Assembly (NCBI GenBank): GCA_963716175.1
Contig: OY970296.1
Coordinates: 4,256,001-4,320,000 of the forward strand
Direction: 5' to 3'
Length of the DNA stretch: 64,000 nt
DNA from: an uncultured Armatimonadetes bacterium
Lineage (GTDB): Bacteria > Armatimonadota > Hebobacteria > Hebobacterales > Hebobacteraceae
This document shows positions 45,360-55,023 of the stretch, piece after piece. The notes beneath the pieces are model-generated. The model saw only the letters and a program-made list of their open reading frames with translations. It did no database searches and had not been told where the DNA came from. The translations under genes were made by a program, and so were the position numbers. Position 1 is the stretch's first letter, and the number at the start of each line of letters is the position of its first letter.

Positions 45360-46730
45360 ATGACCCCATCTCGCCCGCGAGGAGCGGCGCTGCTCGCCTC
45401 CGTCAGGGGCGTGCTCGGAGAGGTGCTGAACCCAGCCGCCTACCGCGATGTCGCCTCCCGCGCCAAGTATCCTGCGGGGGCGGTGCTGGTCTCCTACACC
45501 TTGCTGAACTTCGGCCTCACGGCCCTCCTGAGCCAGCTACTCGGGTCTCGCCACTTCGGCGAATTCGTGGTGGTCATCACCATCGCGGGCATCTTCCGGC
45601 TGCTCGCCAGCTTCTCGGTGGAAGCGGGCGTGCCCAAGTTCATCGCGGAATCCAGCCAAAGCAGCCAGGCCGAGATGAAGGGGTACTACGGCGCCGCCCT
45701 CGCCACGCGCCTGACGGGTGGCCTGGTGTCGCTGCTCCTCGCCGGCGCGCTCGCGGGTTGGGTGGTAGGGCTGTATGGCTTCCCGCACCTGTCCTCATCC
45801 GTGATAGCGGCCGCGCTGTACCTCTGCCTGCTATCGCCGCTGGCCTCGTTCTTTCTGGCCTGTATCCAGGGCCGCGAGCAGCCGACACGATGGTCGAGAG
45901 CGACGCTCGTCAACGCCCTCCTGGTGCTCCCGGCGGCAGTGACTGGGGCCGCGGGCTGGTCGCGCTGGGGACTACCAGGGCTCTTGCTGTGTCTCGCTAT
46001 CGGCTGGGCCGGCGCGGTCCTCGCCTCCGGGCTCTCGGCCCGCCGCGCGATGGGGTTCACCTGGGCGGCACCGGACTGGCCGCACCTCCGGGTGCTGGTG
46101 CCCTTTCTGCTCCCCCTCTGGCTCGGCGACCTGATCTCGCTCGGCACTCATATCATCCTCAAGTCGTACCTCGCCCTGAAGACCGGCCCAGTCTCCGCGG
46201 GCCAGTTCGAGATCGCCCTCACCCTGCTGTTCCAGGTCGGCACCCTCTACCAGGCCATCATGATTGTCTTTCTGCCGACCTGGGCCAGGCTCTATGCGGG
46301 GCAGCATGGCGCGACGCTCCTGCGCTCCTTCTCCCGCGCCCGCGGCGTCGTCCTGGGCATGGCGTCGTTCTTCGGGCTGGGGCTTGCGCTCGCCGGGCAG
46401 TGGGTGATCCCGCTCATCTTCGGCCGCGATCAGATCGGAGCCGTGCCGGCCGTCCGCGTGATGGGGCTGATCATGCCCCTCACGTTCCTGAGCTGGATCA
46501 CCTTGTCCGTCTTCGTGATCTCCAACCGAACTGCCACCTCTGCCCGCGCCAACATCCTCTGGTTCTCCATCGTCGTCCCCGCGGCGCTGCTGCTGATCCC
46601 CCGGCTCGGCTCGCTCGGCGCCTCGCTCTCCTTCCTGTTCGGGTACATCGGATTCACCTGGTACGTGGTGTCCCGGGCGCGCCCGTTCTTCACACGGTTG
46701 CGGATATGGGCGGACCTGAGCCCCCAGTGA
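45360..46730 (+). CDS. oligosaccharide flippase (Wzx/MOP family)
   Basis: About 12-14 hydrophobic helices; LG...FGEF, GQF.IA, LIPRLGSLGA. Confidence 0.8.
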   Translation: MTPSRPRGAALLASVRGVLGEVLNPAAYRDVASRAKYPAGAVLVSYTLLNFGLTALLSQLLGSRHFGEFVVVITIAGIFRLLASFSVEAGVPKFIAESSQSSQAEMKGYYGAALATRLTGGLVSLLLAGALAGWVVGLYGFPHLSSSVIAAALYLCLLSPLASFFLACIQGREQPTRWSRATLVNALLVLPAAVTGAAGWSRWGLPGLLLCLAIGWAGAVLASGLSARRAMGFTWAAPDWPHLRVLVPFLLPLWLGDLISLGTHIILKSYLALKTGPVSAGQFEIALTLLFQVGTLYQAIMIVFLPTWARLYAGQHGATLLRSFSRARGVVLGMASFFGLGLALAGQWVIPLIFGRDQIGAVPAVRVMGLIMPLTFLSWITLSVFVISNRTATSARANILWFSIVVPAALLLIPRLGSLGASLSFLFGYIGFTWYVVSRARPFFTRLRIWADLSPQ

Positions 46731-46836
46731 GCCGGGTCGCGCCATTCACGCTCCGACCGCGCCGTGTTGTCATGGCAAGTGTCTAACCTGAGCGCTCACC
46801 GGTGTTGCCCTGCCAGCAGGAATGGTATAGGCTGGG

Positions 46837-47967
46837 GTGACACCAACGGCCGATGCTGCGCCGTCGGCGTTCGACGTGTGCCGAAAGAACGAGAGCGCTG
46901 GCATGAAGGTACCATGGGATCGCGGAGGCCTGCGCACCTACCTGGTGCTGCTTGCCCTGGCCTTGTCGCAGCCCGGGCAGAGAGCGATCTGGTGGGGGGT
47001 GCCGTTGCTGGCGCTGGGACTGGCGCTACAGATCTATGCCAAAGGCTCCCTGCGGCAGAACGAGGTGGTGAGCAGAGCAGGGCCCTATCGCCTGATCCGC
47101 CACCCGTTCTATACGGCGAACCTGCTGATAGACGAAAGCATCGCCCTGATGTCGGGCTGGTGGCCGCTGGTCGTCCTGCTACCGATATGGTGGTTGCTCG
47201 TCTACTGGCCCGTGATGCGACAGGAGGAGCGCCGCCTGTGCGAGCTCTTCGCGGAGGTCTACCCCGAGTACCAAAGGCGGACCTCCAGGCTGATCCCCCT
47301 GAGGCGGCCGACCCCAGGCGAGGGCCCGGGATTCTCCTGGCAGAACCCAAACATCTCAGCCGACACCGTCATCCCCCGCGCGCTCAAGCTCCTGTCACTT
47401 CCCCTGATCTTCTTCCTGTGGCGCGAGATCAGAACCAACGGGACCAGCCTCCTCGCGGCGGAGAGAGGCCCCTGGCTGTGGGCGGCACCCTTGGTGGCGG
47501 GCCTGTACGGCCTCGCTGTAATCCTGACGCGTCATCTCAGAGACCAGCGGCGCATCCTGCCAGAGGCCGCGTCGTCACCGGGATGCCGGCTCTTGGGGGC
47601 GCTGATGCTGCTCGCAGTCGCGGGAAGCCTTCACCGCCTGGAGTGCGAGTCTGGCATTCTGCTGACCCTGGCCGGGGGCTTGGCTATGGGTGCGTCGGTG
47701 GCACTGTACCTCGGGAGCGCGCGGTTGCGGCTGGCGGCAGAGGGGGTCGCACTGGCCGCGGCCATGGTGCTGTGCGAGCTGCCCTGGCTGGCGGTAGTGC
47801 CTGTCCTGCTGTATGCCGCGCTCGTGCTCGACCAGCGCCAGTTGGGCCCGTCTGGCCGGCCTGAGTTGGCAGCTCACGGTGCGCTGCTGAAGTCGGGCTA
47901 CATCGCGCTTTACCACTGCATAGCCGCAGCGGGAATAGCCGTGGCAACAATCAAGGAGCTGCTGTAG
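46837..47967 (+). CDS. ICMT/PEMT-like membrane methyltransferase with additional C-terminal TM region
   Basis: GPYRLIRHPFY, EERRL..LF...Y..Y...T.RLIP. Confidence 0.78.
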   Translation: MTPTADAAPSAFDVCRKNESAGMKVPWDRGGLRTYLVLLALALSQPGQRAIWWGVPLLALGLALQIYAKGSLRQNEVVSRAGPYRLIRHPFYTANLLIDESIALMSGWWPLVVLLPIWWLLVYWPVMRQEERRLCELFAEVYPEYQRRTSRLIPLRRPTPGEGPGFSWQNPNISADTVIPRALKLLSLPLIFFLWREIRTNGTSLLAAERGPWLWAAPLVAGLYGLAVILTRHLRDQRRILPEAASSPGCRLLGALMLLAVAGSLHRLECESGILLTLAGGLAMGASVALYLGSARLRLAAEGVALAAAMVLCELPWLAVVPVLLYAALVLDQRQLGPSGRPELAAHGALLKSGYIALYHCIAAAGIAVATIKELL

Positions 47968-48130
47968 CGCTGCTCTCCTGATGACTCCTCCTTCTGTTGC
48001 AGTGACCTGCCGCAAGCCTCAGAATGTCTCGGATGGCCTTCTGCCTGGAGAACCCGCGCTGCCGCGGTCACCGGATTGCAGGATGCCCTTTGTGCTCGAC
48101 CTCCCCCCAAGTCCCGCTGAGGCCCGCCCG

Positions 48131-49141
48131 TCAGATCGCTATCTCCACGAACTGCCCAGTCCTGGCGGATTGATAGCAGGCGTCCAGAACCGCCACCGTC
48201 CGGAGCATATCGTCTGCGCGGCGGCGATCGAGCTTCTCCCGCCGCAGCGCCCTCTCCGCTAGCAGCTCGACCTGGCGCGCATAGGTGTTCACCTGCTGAT
48301 AGGGGATGGGCCGGCGGCTGCCTCGGCCCTCCGCCTCGCGGTAGATGGTGGCCTCCCCATCCGAGCCCTGGGTCATGGTGCCATCGCTGTGGATGGCGCC
48401 GGAGGACCCGTAGAGATCAAGGCGATTTGGCATGATCTCACCCGAGGCTGCGAAGGAGGCGACGAGAGTGCCGTGCACGCCGCTCTCGAACTCCAGCAGC
48501 ACGGTGCCCACATCTTCGACCGGGTAATCGTGTACGAAGGTGCCGACGCGACAGGCCACCCTGGCGATGGGGCCCAGCAACATCTGCACCAGGTCAACCA
48601 TGTGGCAGCCAACGTCCATGAGCGAGCCGCCCCCGCCCAACACCGGGTCCTGCCTCCAGTCGCCTGCGATCCGAGGATAGCTGAAGGACCACAGGCCATG
48701 GACATAGAGCGGCTTGCCTATGGCAGCCTCCCGGAGCAGACGCAGTATCTCCAGGTGCGCGCGGTGATGCCGCAGCATGTAGGCATCCTGCAACAGGACA
48801 CCGGCCTCCAGGCAGGCCTGCACCATAGTGCGGGCCTCAGCCAGATTCCTGGCCAGGGGCTTCTCGCAGAGCACATGCTTGCCGGCTCTGGCGGCTGCGA
48901 CTACCTGCTCGGCGTGGAACTGAACCGGGGTGGCAATGTAGACGGCGCCGACGTCCTCTCTGCAGAGCACCTCCTCCACACTGGTGGTGGCATCAACTCC
49001 ATACTTGCGGCCGAGCTCAGCGGCCCCCTTGACATCCATCACGACGGCGAGAGTCGAGTTGGCGATCGTGGGGAACACGGGCAGCGTCCTGCGGTCGGCG
49101 ATCCCGCCCGCCCCGATCACGCCCCAGCCTACCTTCTCCAT
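48131..49141 (-). CDS. Gfo/Idh/MocA family oxidoreductase
   Basis: WGVIGAGGIA, IATP, HVLCEKP, GGGSLMDVGCH. Confidence 0.92.
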   Translation of the reverse strand: MEKVGWGVIGAGGIADRRTLPVFPTIANSTLAVVMDVKGAAELGRKYGVDATTSVEEVLCREDVGAVYIATPVQFHAEQVVAAARAGKHVLCEKPLARNLAEARTMVQACLEAGVLLQDAYMLRHHRAHLEILRLLREAAIGKPLYVHGLWSFSYPRIAGDWRQDPVLGGGGSLMDVGCHMVDLVQMLLGPIARVACRVGTFVHDYPVEDVGTVLLEFESGVHGTLVASFAASGEIMPNRLDLYGSSGAIHSDGTMTQGSDGEATIYREAEGRGSRRPIPYQQVNTYARQVELLAERALRREKLDRRRADDMLRTVAVLDACYQSARTGQFVEIAI

Positions 49142-49183
49142 GCTGCGCTTTCTCCTCACCCGGGCTCACTGGGCCGCGGGCGC

Positions 49184-50230
49184 TCAGATCAGCCGCACCA
49201 GCTCTGGCAGCCAATCATCGAAGCCGCGCATATCGTAGCTGAAGGTGCAGAAGCCGGAGGCGCCGACCTCGCGGGCGGCCTTGATCTGCGCGGCCAGCTC
49301 CTTCGGGGACGGCAGCAGGAACGCGCCCAGGCCGGCATAGACCGGAACCTTGCCGCGCACAAACCCCACCTGCTGCTGCACCGCGCGACGCACGCACTCG
49401 ACATCGGGGGAGTAGTCCATGGGGCAGATGAAGTCCAGCCATCCCTGCTCCACCCAGTGGAACCAGTCCTGCGCCACCTCGCGCAGAGCGCCCCAGGTGC
49501 TGGCCCAGGAAGCAAGAGAGACCTTGACCCCGGGCTTCAGCCGGCGCGCCTCCTGGGAGATCTCCTGCACCAGAGAAGAGATCAGGTTGCGGCGGAAATC
49601 CGCCCAGGGCATGACCCAGGCACCTCTATCATGCCAGCCAGTTCCCAGCACGTCCTCCGGGTAGTTCACGTTCTTGGCGCCGGTCCGCTTCTCGAATAGG
49701 GCCTTGCAGCGGGGGCAAAAGCAGAACTGCCGACCGGGGAAGCGCATGTAGTCGAAGTGAATGCCGTCGGCCTGGTAGCGGGTGATCAGCTCCAGCATGG
49801 CCCGCTTCTCGATCTCCCGGTTGCGCTCATCCGAGGGGCACATCCAGTGACAGCCCTGTCCCACCTCGGAGGCCGGCTTGCCCTCCGGGTTCAATTGCAC
49901 GCGTCCGTCCCGCACGAACTCCTCCAGCAACTCCTCGGGGGCGCGCCACATCGCCCAGTTGATCCGCCAGACATGAACTTCGATGCCATGCTCCCTGGCT
50001 GCTTCGAGGCAGAGGGCCAGCTCATCCCGCCGGGTGGCGGGCGCCGGCTCGTCGCGCCGTCTCGGCGCCACCCAGGGCAGCACTTCGCTGTCATACAGAG
50101 CGGTGCCGCCGGTGCTCATGCACGGGAAGATCTTGGTGAACCCATGCTTGCTCAGGTTGGCCATGATCGCCTGCCAGTCACGCCCCGGGCGGTCCTGCAT
50201 CCAGGTCGTGCGCGCAAAGCCGTCAGACAT
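49184..50230 (-). CDS. glycosyl hydrolase-like 10 (DUF187/GHL10) protein, cytoplasmic
   Basis: GIEVHVW, DGIHFDYMRFP, QDW..W...G.LDFICPMDY. Confidence 0.85.
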   Translation of the reverse strand: MSDGFARTTWMQDRPGRDWQAIMANLSKHGFTKIFPCMSTGGTALYDSEVLPWVAPRRRDEPAPATRRDELALCLEAAREHGIEVHVWRINWAMWRAPEELLEEFVRDGRVQLNPEGKPASEVGQGCHWMCPSDERNREIEKRAMLELITRYQADGIHFDYMRFPGRQFCFCPRCKALFEKRTGAKNVNYPEDVLGTGWHDRGAWVMPWADFRRNLISSLVQEISQEARRLKPGVKVSLASWASTWGALREVAQDWFHWVEQGWLDFICPMDYSPDVECVRRAVQQQVGFVRGKVPVYAGLGAFLLPSPKELAAQIKAAREVGASGFCTFSYDMRGFDDWLPELVRLI

Positions 50231-50479
50231 GTCGGTCCCTCCTTGCTGCTAGGTGAAGCTGCAGTGCCAGAGGTTCCACGCGGGGTCGGCCTCACCTCTG
50301 ACCGGGAACGCGTAGGGAAATGCGTAAGGACCATCGCAGTTCCCGCACGCAGGCAGCATGCGAGTGCTCAGCGGGTGTGACTAGGGGGCCTCGTCCCCCG
50401 AGGCGACCCGGCATCGGCCAGAGGACCGGGCTTCCACCGAGGCCGCGGCGCCTATGCAAGGCACGCCGCTGACGCGGTC

Positions 50480-51532
50480 TCAGGCCGCCCGGCGCAGGAT
50501 CTTCACGGGCCGGCCGCTCTGTGCGCTCCTCCATACCGCTTCACTCACCCGCAAGGCCTCAGCGCCATCGTCCAGGCTGGCCGATGGGCGGGCGCCGGTG
50601 AGCAGGCACTGCGCGAAATGCTCCAGCTCTCCTACATACCCGCACAGCGCCGTCCCGCTGGTGACCGAGATGAAGTTGGGCCTGAGGGCGCGATAGGCGG
50701 CGCCGAATGCCGGCTGCGGCCCCGGCCGCCAGTCCTGGGCGGCATAGTGGGTAACAGAGAGCATGTTCTCGACCGACAGGCTTTCGCCCACGCCGCTAGC
50801 GTCGAGCCGCTCGGTGATGTCCCGCCAGGGCTCGGCATGGTCCAGGCTGTTGAGATCGAGGGTGCCGACAGCGCCGGAGGCGAGCTCGACGCTGATCGCA
50901 TAGGCGAACCGGTACTTGGTCACGGCGTGCAGCCGCGCGTGCACCTGCGAGACATCTCCGCCCACGAACCGCATCAGATCGAAGATATGCACGACCTGGC
51001 CGACGAGGAAGGCATGAGGCGCGTCCAGCCCCCAGATGTCCGGATACTCGCCCTGGGTGAACTGAAGATGGAAGTGGTGCAGGCCGCCGAAGGCGGGCGC
51101 TTCCATCAGGCTCTTGGCCAGCAGGTAGGCGGGAGCGTGCCGCTTCATGAATGCCACCATGCCCCCGAGATCGGCGCGCCGCGCGGCATCGGCAAGTCGC
51201 CGCGCGTCCCGCGCGTTCATGGCCGACGGTTTCTCGACAAAGATGGGCAGGCCACGGCGCAGCACTTTCAGCCCCACCTCGAGATGCATCTGGGGTAGGC
51301 CGCAGATGCAGACGCCGTCGAGCGACTCCTGGTCGAGCATCACCTCCAGGTCGGTATACCAGCGATCAGCGCCATAGCGTTTGGCGGCCCGCTCCGCGCG
51401 GTCGGCCTGAAGGTCACAGACGGCCACAAGCTGGGCGCTGGGGGCCTGGACCAGGCTCGGGTACAGAACGCGGGTAGCGTGGGAGCCAGCGCCCACGAAT
51501 CCGATGCGAGCTAGCCTGTCATGCTTCATCAT
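50480..51532 (-). CDS. Gfo/Idh/MocA family oxidoreductase
   Basis: IGFVGAGSHA, VAVCD, FVEKP, AFMKR, H.FD. Confidence 0.9.
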   Translation of the reverse strand: MMKHDRLARIGFVGAGSHATRVLYPSLVQAPSAQLVAVCDLQADRAERAAKRYGADRWYTDLEVMLDQESLDGVCICGLPQMHLEVGLKVLRRGLPIFVEKPSAMNARDARRLADAARRADLGGMVAFMKRHAPAYLLAKSLMEAPAFGGLHHFHLQFTQGEYPDIWGLDAPHAFLVGQVVHIFDLMRFVGGDVSQVHARLHAVTKYRFAYAISVELASGAVGTLDLNSLDHAEPWRDITERLDASGVGESLSVENMLSVTHYAAQDWRPGPQPAFGAAYRALRPNFISVTSGTALCGYVGELEHFAQCLLTGARPSASLDDGAEALRVSEAVWRSAQSGRPVKILRRAA

Positions 51533-51545
51533 TGCCTCCGGTTGG

Positions 51546-52442
51546 CTACGGCGGCGCAAGGGTGATGCGCTTCCCGCCTTGCTGCTGCGACCGCTTGCCC
51601 GCAGCCAGGATAGTGATTATCTCCAGCGTCGTTTCCAGAGGTATCGGCATTTCTCTCGTCTCGACCATGTGCACGAACGCGGCGATCATCGTCTGGTAGA
51701 AGTATCCCGCGTCCTCGACCCGGACATGGGCCGCCCCGCGCTCACCAAAGAAGGAGGCCTGGAAGCCAGGGGACGCCGACCCCAGTACCTGGAGCATGAT
51801 GGAGCGGCCGTCAGGATAGGCGCACCGCACCAAGGCGCGTTCCTCGTCCCCGATGTTCTGCACCCATTCGACCCCGGGGCCCATCACGGTGTGGGCGAGC
51901 TCGAGGGGGTGAATGCCGTAGAAGACCAGCTCGTTCGGGCCGGTCGCCGTGGCGCAGACGATGCGGCCGATCCCCGCGATCTCCTCGCGCGCCTCCTCCA
52001 GCTCCCTGGCATAGCGCAGAGCGGAGCAGGACATCATGGGCGCGCCGGACTGCCGCGCCAGCGCGATCAGCTCGGCGGCCTCGGCGGGATCGGGGCTGAA
52101 CGGCTTGTCAATGAAAGTGGGGATGCCGGCGGCGAGGAAGGGGCGGGCCCGCCTCTGATGCGCCATGGTCACATCGTCCGGAATCATGACACCATCGGCG
52201 CAGGGGATAGCCGACTCCATGTCTGCGAGCACCTGGGGGATGCCTGCGAGATCGGCCAGCCGCTGCGCCTGATCGCGATCCGGGTCCCAGATCGCCACCA
52301 CCTTTGCCCCTGCGAGCGGTTCCCGATCATAGGCGGGCATGCCGGCCTCGGCCCAGGCGCGACGGTCGTGGTCATTCACCAGGCCGGCGAAAGAACGCGC
52401 GTGCCAGTGGGCGGCGCCGCCGAGGAGTGCGATTCGCACCAT
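51546..52442 (-). CDS. Gfo/Idh/MocA-like oxidoreductase (divergent)
   Basis: HARSF, FIDKPF, SCSALRY, YGIHPLE. Confidence 0.8.
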   Translation of the reverse strand: MVRIALLGGAAHWHARSFAGLVNDHDRRAWAEAGMPAYDREPLAGAKVVAIWDPDRDQAQRLADLAGIPQVLADMESAIPCADGVMIPDDVTMAHQRRARPFLAAGIPTFIDKPFSPDPAEAAELIALARQSGAPMMSCSALRYARELEEAREEIAGIGRIVCATATGPNELVFYGIHPLELAHTVMGPGVEWVQNIGDEERALVRCAYPDGRSIMLQVLGSASPGFQASFFGERGAAHVRVEDAGYFYQTMIAAFVHMVETREMPIPLETTLEIITILAAGKRSQQQGGKRITLAPP

Positions 52443-52579
52443 CTTGCCTATCTCCCTGGAGGATATGGGCCTGCGAGATTCCACGCCGCCAGCGCATTCC
52501 CCTCGCCGGACATGAGGCCGCGGCACACCTCACCAGGTGCTGTGGCGCTCGGCGGGCGCAGTCACCGCGCTGACACGCG

Positions 52580-52609
52580 GGCGGAGTCCGCCCTGAAGCG
52601 GACTCCGCC
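52580..52609. terminator. hairpin downstream of the prepilin-like gene
   Basis: 12-bp stem GGCGGAGTCCGC/GCGGACTCCGCC; no clear U-tract. Confidence 0.5.
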
Positions 52610-52648
52610 GTTATCCCTCATGCCGTCAGTCAAGCGCCCAGAACCGGA

Positions 52649-53620
52649 TCAGGGGCAGATGCCTTGGATCACGCCCTTGTTGGGGGTGCAGGTTCCGGCG
52701 TCGCAGTTGATGTTGGTGCAGTGGGGGGCCGCGGCCATGAACGCGTCCGCCTTGTACCAGGCGGCATGACCGTCCGCGAAGCCGTAGTTGCTGCCGCCCA
52801 GGTGCCGGGTGTACTTCTCCCGGTAGGTGGAGTCGGTCATAAACTTGTCGTAGTCGCTCTGCGGGAAGGAGCAGACTGCGACATCCGGGCAATTCTCCCA
52901 GTCCCCGCCGCAGTTGGCATGGCAGACCTCGTAGAGCGTGGTCTCGGGGCCATGGATGTTCGGGAAGGGCATGGTATCGGCGCAGACCAGCCACAACACG
53001 GGGTCGCCGATCTGGGAGGTCGAGACGCCCGGGAACTCGTGCTCAGTGGTGCCGATGCCGATCTCCACCGCATCACCGGCCTCGGCGTGCCCGACACCCG
53101 AGAGCTTGCCCTGAGCGATGGTATCGGTCACCGACCCGCCCCATCCTGTCGGGAAGGCGTAGACGCACGGGCCCATCGGCAGCTCGTCAATGTTGTCCAT
53201 CAGGTACTGCCACCACGGGCTGGCGTAGCCAGGGATGATATTCGTGACGCTGGAGATGGACAGCTTCTGACTGGGGCACCGCCAGATGTCCCGGTTCTTG
53301 ACGTACTCGTCCAGGATCACCTGCCAGCGCAGGAAGGGGTGGGACCAGGTGGCGTACTTACAGTCCTCATCGCCCGCCCATTCGTCGAAGGCGGCCTGGT
53401 AGGCCTGGTCCTGATTCTCCCCAGGGGGCATCCGGTCGTAGTCCGTCAGGTACATCTGCACTGCAATAGCGACGTTCTTCACATTCGACAGGCACTGAAT
53501 CTTGCGAGCGGATTCCCTCGCCCGCGCAAAGACAGGGAACAGCATTGCGGCCAGGATCGCGATGATCGCGATCACCACCAACAGCTCGATGAGCGTGAAG
53601 CCTCTGCGTCGCGTAACCAC
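52649..53620 (-). CDS. prepilin-type N-terminal cleavage/methylation protein, DUF1559 with H-X9-DG motif
   Basis: [61 protein letters not shown]. Confidence 0.93.
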   Translation of the reverse strand: MVTRRRGFTLIELLVVIAIIAILAAMLFPVFARARESARKIQCLSNVKNVAIAVQMYLTDYDRMPPGENQDQAYQAAFDEWAGDEDCKYATWSHPFLRWQVILDEYVKNRDIWRCPSQKLSISSVTNIIPGYASPWWQYLMDNIDELPMGPCVYAFPTGWGGSVTDTIAQGKLSGVGHAEAGDAVEIGIGTTEHEFPGVSTSQIGDPVLWLVCADTMPFPNIHGPETTLYEVCHANCGGDWENCPDVAVCSFPQSDYDKFMTDSTYREKYTRHLGGSNYGFADGHAAWYKADAFMAAAPHCTNINCDAGTCTPNKGVIQGICP

Positions 53621-53678
53621 GAACTTCTACCTCCTTCTGTGCGATAACCCAACTCGGTCAACACCACGGATGGGACGG

Positions 53679-53724
53679 CTCGTGCTTCGTAGCGAAGGAG
53701 CTTCGCTACTTCGCAGAGTAGCAG
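53679..53724. repeat. second copy of the hairpin element nested at 21521
   Basis: CTCGTGCTTCGTAGCGAAGGAGCTTCGCTACTTCGCAGAGTAGCAG. Confidence 0.8.
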
Positions 53725-54062
53725 ATACCGGCGCGCTCTTAGCCTCCTTCCTTAGCAATGTCCATTGGATTGCCGGCGCTTCGCGTCTGCCGTCCCTGCA
53801 GCGCTAGCACGCGGCCGGCAGGCAGGATGGGTGACGTCGCGAACCCGCCGTCTGCCCCCTGGCTCCGCCGCAGCTCGCCCGCGTTGTCACCTTGGCCCGT
53901 TCTTGAGGCTACCACATGAGCCTTCCCTGCGTCAAGTGTCGGAGGGCTGCGATCGCTCGATCGGATGCGATGGAACCTCAGACTGGTTCATCAGCAGGCA
54001 CGCGCCGCCAGGCGGCGAACAAGCGAGCAGTCTGAGATCAGTGCAACGCAGGAGGCCCGTTG

Positions 54063-55019
54063 ATGCCCGTTAAGGACAGAGCCGTGCAGGTGGCGACGGT
54101 GACGCAGGACTACCGCGAGGCGGACTCCGCTGACGCGCTGGCGGAGGAGACGATCGAGCGGCTGGAGCAGGCCGCCTGTCGCCGCCCGGACATCGTGTGC
54201 CTACCAGAGACATTCTCTGGTGACAAGGCCGAGCCGGTGCCCGGACCCATGACGGAGCGGCTCTCGCAGTGGGCGCGAGACAGATCGTGCTATCTGATCT
54301 GCTCCATCGCAACCCAGGTGGGAGATCGCAAGTTCAACTCGGCTGTGTTGCTGGATCGCGGGGGCGAGATCGTGGGCAGGTACGACAAGATCCACCCCAC
54401 GGAGGGGGAGCTGAAGAATGGGGTATGCCCCGGGGACCCTGACCCCCCAGTCTTCCGCACGGACTTCGGCACCATTGGCATCCAGATCTGCTTTGACGTC
54501 AACTGGCGGGAAGTCTGGGCCAAGCTGAAAGACAAGGGAGCCGAGATCGTGTTCTGGCCCTCCGCCTACCCCGCGCATCGGCATCTCTCGGCGCTGGCCT
54601 GGCAGAACGAGTGCTACGTGGTGTCGGCGACCAAGACGCGGCCGTCGCGCATCTATGACATCAGTGGGGAAGTGCTGGCGCAGTCCGGGATGTTCCAGCC
54701 CTGGGCTGACGCACAGCTCCACCTGGGGAAGCGGCTATTCGAGATTGACTACAACGTGGGGCCGATGCGCAAGCTGGAGCAGAAGTACGGGCGCAGAGTG
54801 TTGATCCAGTGGTATCACGACGAGGACCGGTTCACACTGGCCTCCCTCGACCCGGAGCTATCGGTCGAGGACCTGATGGCCGAATTCGGGATACTGCCGC
54901 TTCGACCCTATCAGGCCAGGTGCGAACAGGCGATCGCGAAGGCGCGGGCGCGATATCAGAGGTCAGCCCCCTCGCCGGGCGGGCGCGCCGGAGGGCGAGG
55001 GCGGCAGAGGCCGCGGTGA
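54063..55019 (+). CDS. carbon-nitrogen hydrolase (nitrilase/amidase) family protein
   Basis: E-K-C triad: CLPE, YDKIH, ICFD. Confidence 0.9.
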   Translation: MPVKDRAVQVATVTQDYREADSADALAEETIERLEQAACRRPDIVCLPETFSGDKAEPVPGPMTERLSQWARDRSCYLICSIATQVGDRKFNSAVLLDRGGEIVGRYDKIHPTEGELKNGVCPGDPDPPVFRTDFGTIGIQICFDVNWREVWAKLKDKGAEIVFWPSAYPAHRHLSALAWQNECYVVSATKTRPSRIYDISGEVLAQSGMFQPWADAQLHLGKRLFEIDYNVGPMRKLEQKYGRRVLIQWYHDEDRFTLASLDPELSVEDLMAEFGILPLRPYQARCEQAIAKARARYQRSAPSPGGRAGGRGRQRPR

Positions 55020-55023
55020 GGCG

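Noticed and set aside
50249-50359. 36-codon minus-strand ORF MLPACGNCDGPYAFPYAF...
   Set aside because: No SD and no supporting context; the CxxC is likely chance.
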